Shown in pieces: positions 26,539 through 28,293 of a stretch of DNA of 28,293 nt. The first letter of the stretch is position 1, and every line of letters starts with the position of its first letter. The notes beneath the pieces were generated by a model. It saw only the letters and a program-made list of their open reading frames with translations. It was not told where the DNA came from and ran no database searches. Made by a program: the position numbers and the translations under genes. This stretch comes from Minisyncoccota bacterium. GTDB lineage: Bacteria; Patescibacteriota; Minisyncoccia; Phycocordibacterales; UBA9973. The stretch lies in contig JAMIGL010000023.1 of the NCBI GenBank assembly GCA_035905735.1, positions 1 to 28,293 of the forward strand. Direction: 5' to 3'.

Positions 26539-26907
26539 TTATTTTGCTACTTTTTTACTAGCTGACTTTTTTGCTGCTTTTGGCTCTACTTCCGCAAGTG
26601 TCACCGTCACATGACTGGTGCGCTTGTTGATCGGCTTGCCGACACCCATAGCTCGAGGCATCATGCGCTTGAGCACAATCCCTTTGTTGACCTCGACGTT
26701 CTTGACCATGAGCTTTGACGCATCAGCACCGAGCACTACTGCGTTTGCAGCTGCACTCTGGATGAGCTTTTGCATTGGTTCAGCACCGCGCTTTGCCATG
26801 AATGAAAGCGCTGTATCAGCAGCAGCAAGAGTCTTGCCCTTAACAGCACCTGCAATGAGGCGAACTTTGCGAGGACTCTGACGATAGTTGGTAAGTGATG
26901 CTTTCAT
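26539..26907 (-). CDS. rplV: 50S ribosomal protein L22
   Basis: RQSPRKVRL, SAAANA, KRMMPRAMG, KRTSHVTV. Confidence 0.97.
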   Translation of the reverse strand: MKASLTNYRQSPRKVRLIAGAVKGKTLAAADTALSFMAKRGAEPMQKLIQSAAANAVVLGADASKLMVKNVEVNKGIVLKRMMPRAMGVGKPINKRTSHVTVTLAEVEPKAAKKSASKKVAK

Positions 26908-26924
26908 AAATAATGTTTAGAATA

Positions 26925-27269
26925 CTATTTCTTTTTAGTGTCAGTGGTGGACTTTGCTGCTTTTGCTGCAGTGATTTCGGCTTCCTTTTTCTTCTGGTCG
27001 ATATCCTTCTGCATCTTACCGCCGTGACGAGTGAACTTGCGAGTCGGAGAAAATTCACCGAGACGATGACCTACCATATCTTCGGTAACGAGTACTTCGA
27101 TATGCTGTTTGCCATTGTGGACACCAAAGGTGAATCCGACCATTTCTGGTGCGATCTGGCTGTCACGTGACCATGTCTTGATAACCCCTGCTGAGAGAGG
27201 CTGTTTTCCTTCAATTTTCTTGAGGAGTTTTGGGTCAACGTATGGACCTTTGGCGAGTGATCGAGTCAT
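26925..27269 (-). CDS. rpsS: 30S ribosomal protein S19
   Basis: [39 protein letters not shown]. Confidence 0.98.
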   Translation of the reverse strand: MTRSLAKGPYVDPKLLKKIEGKQPLSAGVIKTWSRDSQIAPEMVGFTFGVHNGKQHIEVLVTEDMVGHRLGEFSPTRKFTRHGGKMQKDIDQKKKEAEITAAKAAKSTTDTKKK

Positions 27270-27305
27270 AACTAGAATAAAAAATGCCCGTTTTGAGCTC
27301 CGAGT

Positions 27306-27333
27306 ATCTTAGCAAATTACAGCGCAATGTCAA
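27306..27333 (-). promoter_or_regulatory. Internal promoter TTGACA-16-TAAGAT (with TGc extension) driving rpsS-rplE
   Basis: Consensus -35 and extended -10 about 35 nt upstream of rpsS. Confidence 0.75.
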
Positions 27334-27354
27334 ATCTATTTATATCTCTCAAAC

Positions 27355-27443
27355 TATGTGTCAAAAAATGAACGCATATTCGCCTGCTGGCGAATTGCTG
27401 TGCTCGACCCAGTCGGCCTGTGCAAGTCATTTTTTGACACATA
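27355..27443. mobile_element. Candidate MITE (85 bp, TGT...ACA ends, TA on both sides)
   Basis: Perfect 17-nt inverted repeats TATGTGTCAAAAAATGA (27355-27371 and 27427-27443); internal hairpins ATTCGCC/GGCGAAT and CGAC/GTCG; no ORF. Confidence 0.55.
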
Positions 27444-27463
27444 ATTTGTTCGAATTTGCTGTT

Positions 27464-27859
27464 TTATACCATCAATACAAGGATTTTTGGCAAAAAGATG
27501 ACAAGTCCGACAACAACTGCACCAATCACCGTCAAAAGCACCGCTCCAGCAGCCACATCCTTGGTGTCACGCGCATACGGGTGGAAGTCTGGGCTCGTGA
27601 GGTCTATATCGATCTCAATAGCCGTATTGAAGCCCTCAGCGACCAATACGCTCGTAATAGCAAGCACCAGGAGCGCCCACTCGGCTTCGCTGATGTTGAG
27701 ATACAAGCCAAGCCCTATCGCAACCACTGTTGCAAGCGCATGCACCCATGCATTGTGCTGTGTTTTAAATATCACACTGATCCCCCTGATCGCATGTCTG
27801 AAACTCTGTGCCCGAGCAATAATCGAAAAGCGCTTTTTTTCTGAGAGTTTTGGTTGCAT
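27464..27859 (-). CDS. dgkA: Prokaryotic diacylglycerol/undecaprenol kinase family protein
   Basis: SFRHAIRGI, AEGFNTAIE and KDVAAGAVL motifs; three hydrophobic helices; 131 aa from MQPKLS. Confidence 0.93.
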   Translation of the reverse strand: MQPKLSEKKRFSIIARAQSFRHAIRGISVIFKTQHNAWVHALATVVAIGLGLYLNISEAEWALLVLAITSVLVAEGFNTAIEIDIDLTSPDFHPYARDTKDVAAGAVLLTVIGAVVVGLVIFLPKILVLMV

Positions 27860-27865
27860 GGTGGA

Positions 27866-27871
27866 AGTATA
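27866..27871 (-). promoter_or_regulatory. -10 hexamer TATACT 6 nt upstream of the dgkA ATG (leaderless-type)
   Basis: Minus strand reads agtTATACTtccaccATG. Confidence 0.6.
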
Positions 27872-27903
27872 ACTTGCCTCCAGCACCCGTGCACGCAAGC
27901 AAC

Positions 27904-27931
27904 CAAAAACCGCTCGGGTGAGCGGTTTTTG
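27904..27931 (-). terminator. Intrinsic terminator after rplB
   Basis: CAAAAACCGCTC-gggt-GAGCGGTTTTTG 12-bp inverted repeat with T-runs. Confidence 0.85.
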
Positions 27932-27961
27932 TGGAGTAAAAAAGTGAGAAGTTTAGAGAGA

Positions 27962-28293
27962 CTATCTCTTGCCGGTCTTGCGTCGGGTGACCACAAGGTG
28001 GTTTGAGTATTTCTTTGGCGTACGAGTGCGGACACCGTATGCCTGCTTGCCGTGACGGGTCTTTGGACCACGACGCAGACCAATACCCTGGACACCTTCA
28101 CCACCACCGTGTGGGTGGTCCACAGGGTTCATAGCGGTACCTCGGACAGTAGGACGGATACCCTTCCAACGTGAGCGACCAGCTTTACCGTATTTCACGA
28201 GCTTGTTCTCTTCGTTTGACACTTCACCGATAGACGCCCATGCAGTGTCGATCACCTTTCGAATCTCGGTTGAAGGGAGCTTGATCTGTGCGT
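27962..28293 (-). CDS. rplB: 50S ribosomal protein L2, 3' part (start lies beyond the window)
   Basis: [10 protein letters not shown]...[32 protein letters not shown]. Confidence 0.98.
   Translation of the reverse strand, partial: AQIKLPSTEIRKVIDTAWASIGEVSNEENKLVKYGKAGRSRWKGIRPTVRGTAMNPVDHPHGGGEGVQGIGLRRGPKTRHGKQAYGVRTRTPKKYSNHLVVTRRKTGKR

Overview
Core-genome segment of a small-genome bacterium. It is most likely Patescibacteria/CPR (Parcubacteria-like), inferred from 16S signatures, the short SMC, the rpmF-nusB-rnc cluster and a C-terminal PG-binding surface protein. Every gene except thrS is on the minus strand. In coordinate order: 5' part of secA; an unannotated 35-aa Lys/Ala/Val histone-H1-like peptide; RNase P RNA; class I ribonucleotide reductase (nrdA, plus nrdB carrying an N-terminal ATP-cone); a DUF192 gene; a stand-alone 16S rRNA gene with two expansion/intervening segments; AT-rich ORFans; a short hinge-less SMC; rnc; a nusB-NUDIX fusion; rpmF; a degenerate NUDIX; thrS; a capA-family gene; rnr; tRNA-Thr(CGU); a ~1440-aa surface protein; and the S10/spc ribosomal protein block from rplB to rplE, interrupted by dgkA and a MITE-like element. 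Two observations stand out. (1) A coherent Shine-Dalgarno-free translation-initiation scheme: the 16S anti-SD is replaced, all 20 leadered starts are UAUG, and the 6 exceptions look leaderless (four from a -10 box 6-7 nt upstream of the start, two from tRNA or pre-rRNA processing). (2) A G7 homopolymer that frameshifts the signal peptide of the giant lectin/O-acetylesterase surface protein, a candidate phase-variation switch. All calls were made by eye from the sequence; no searches were run.
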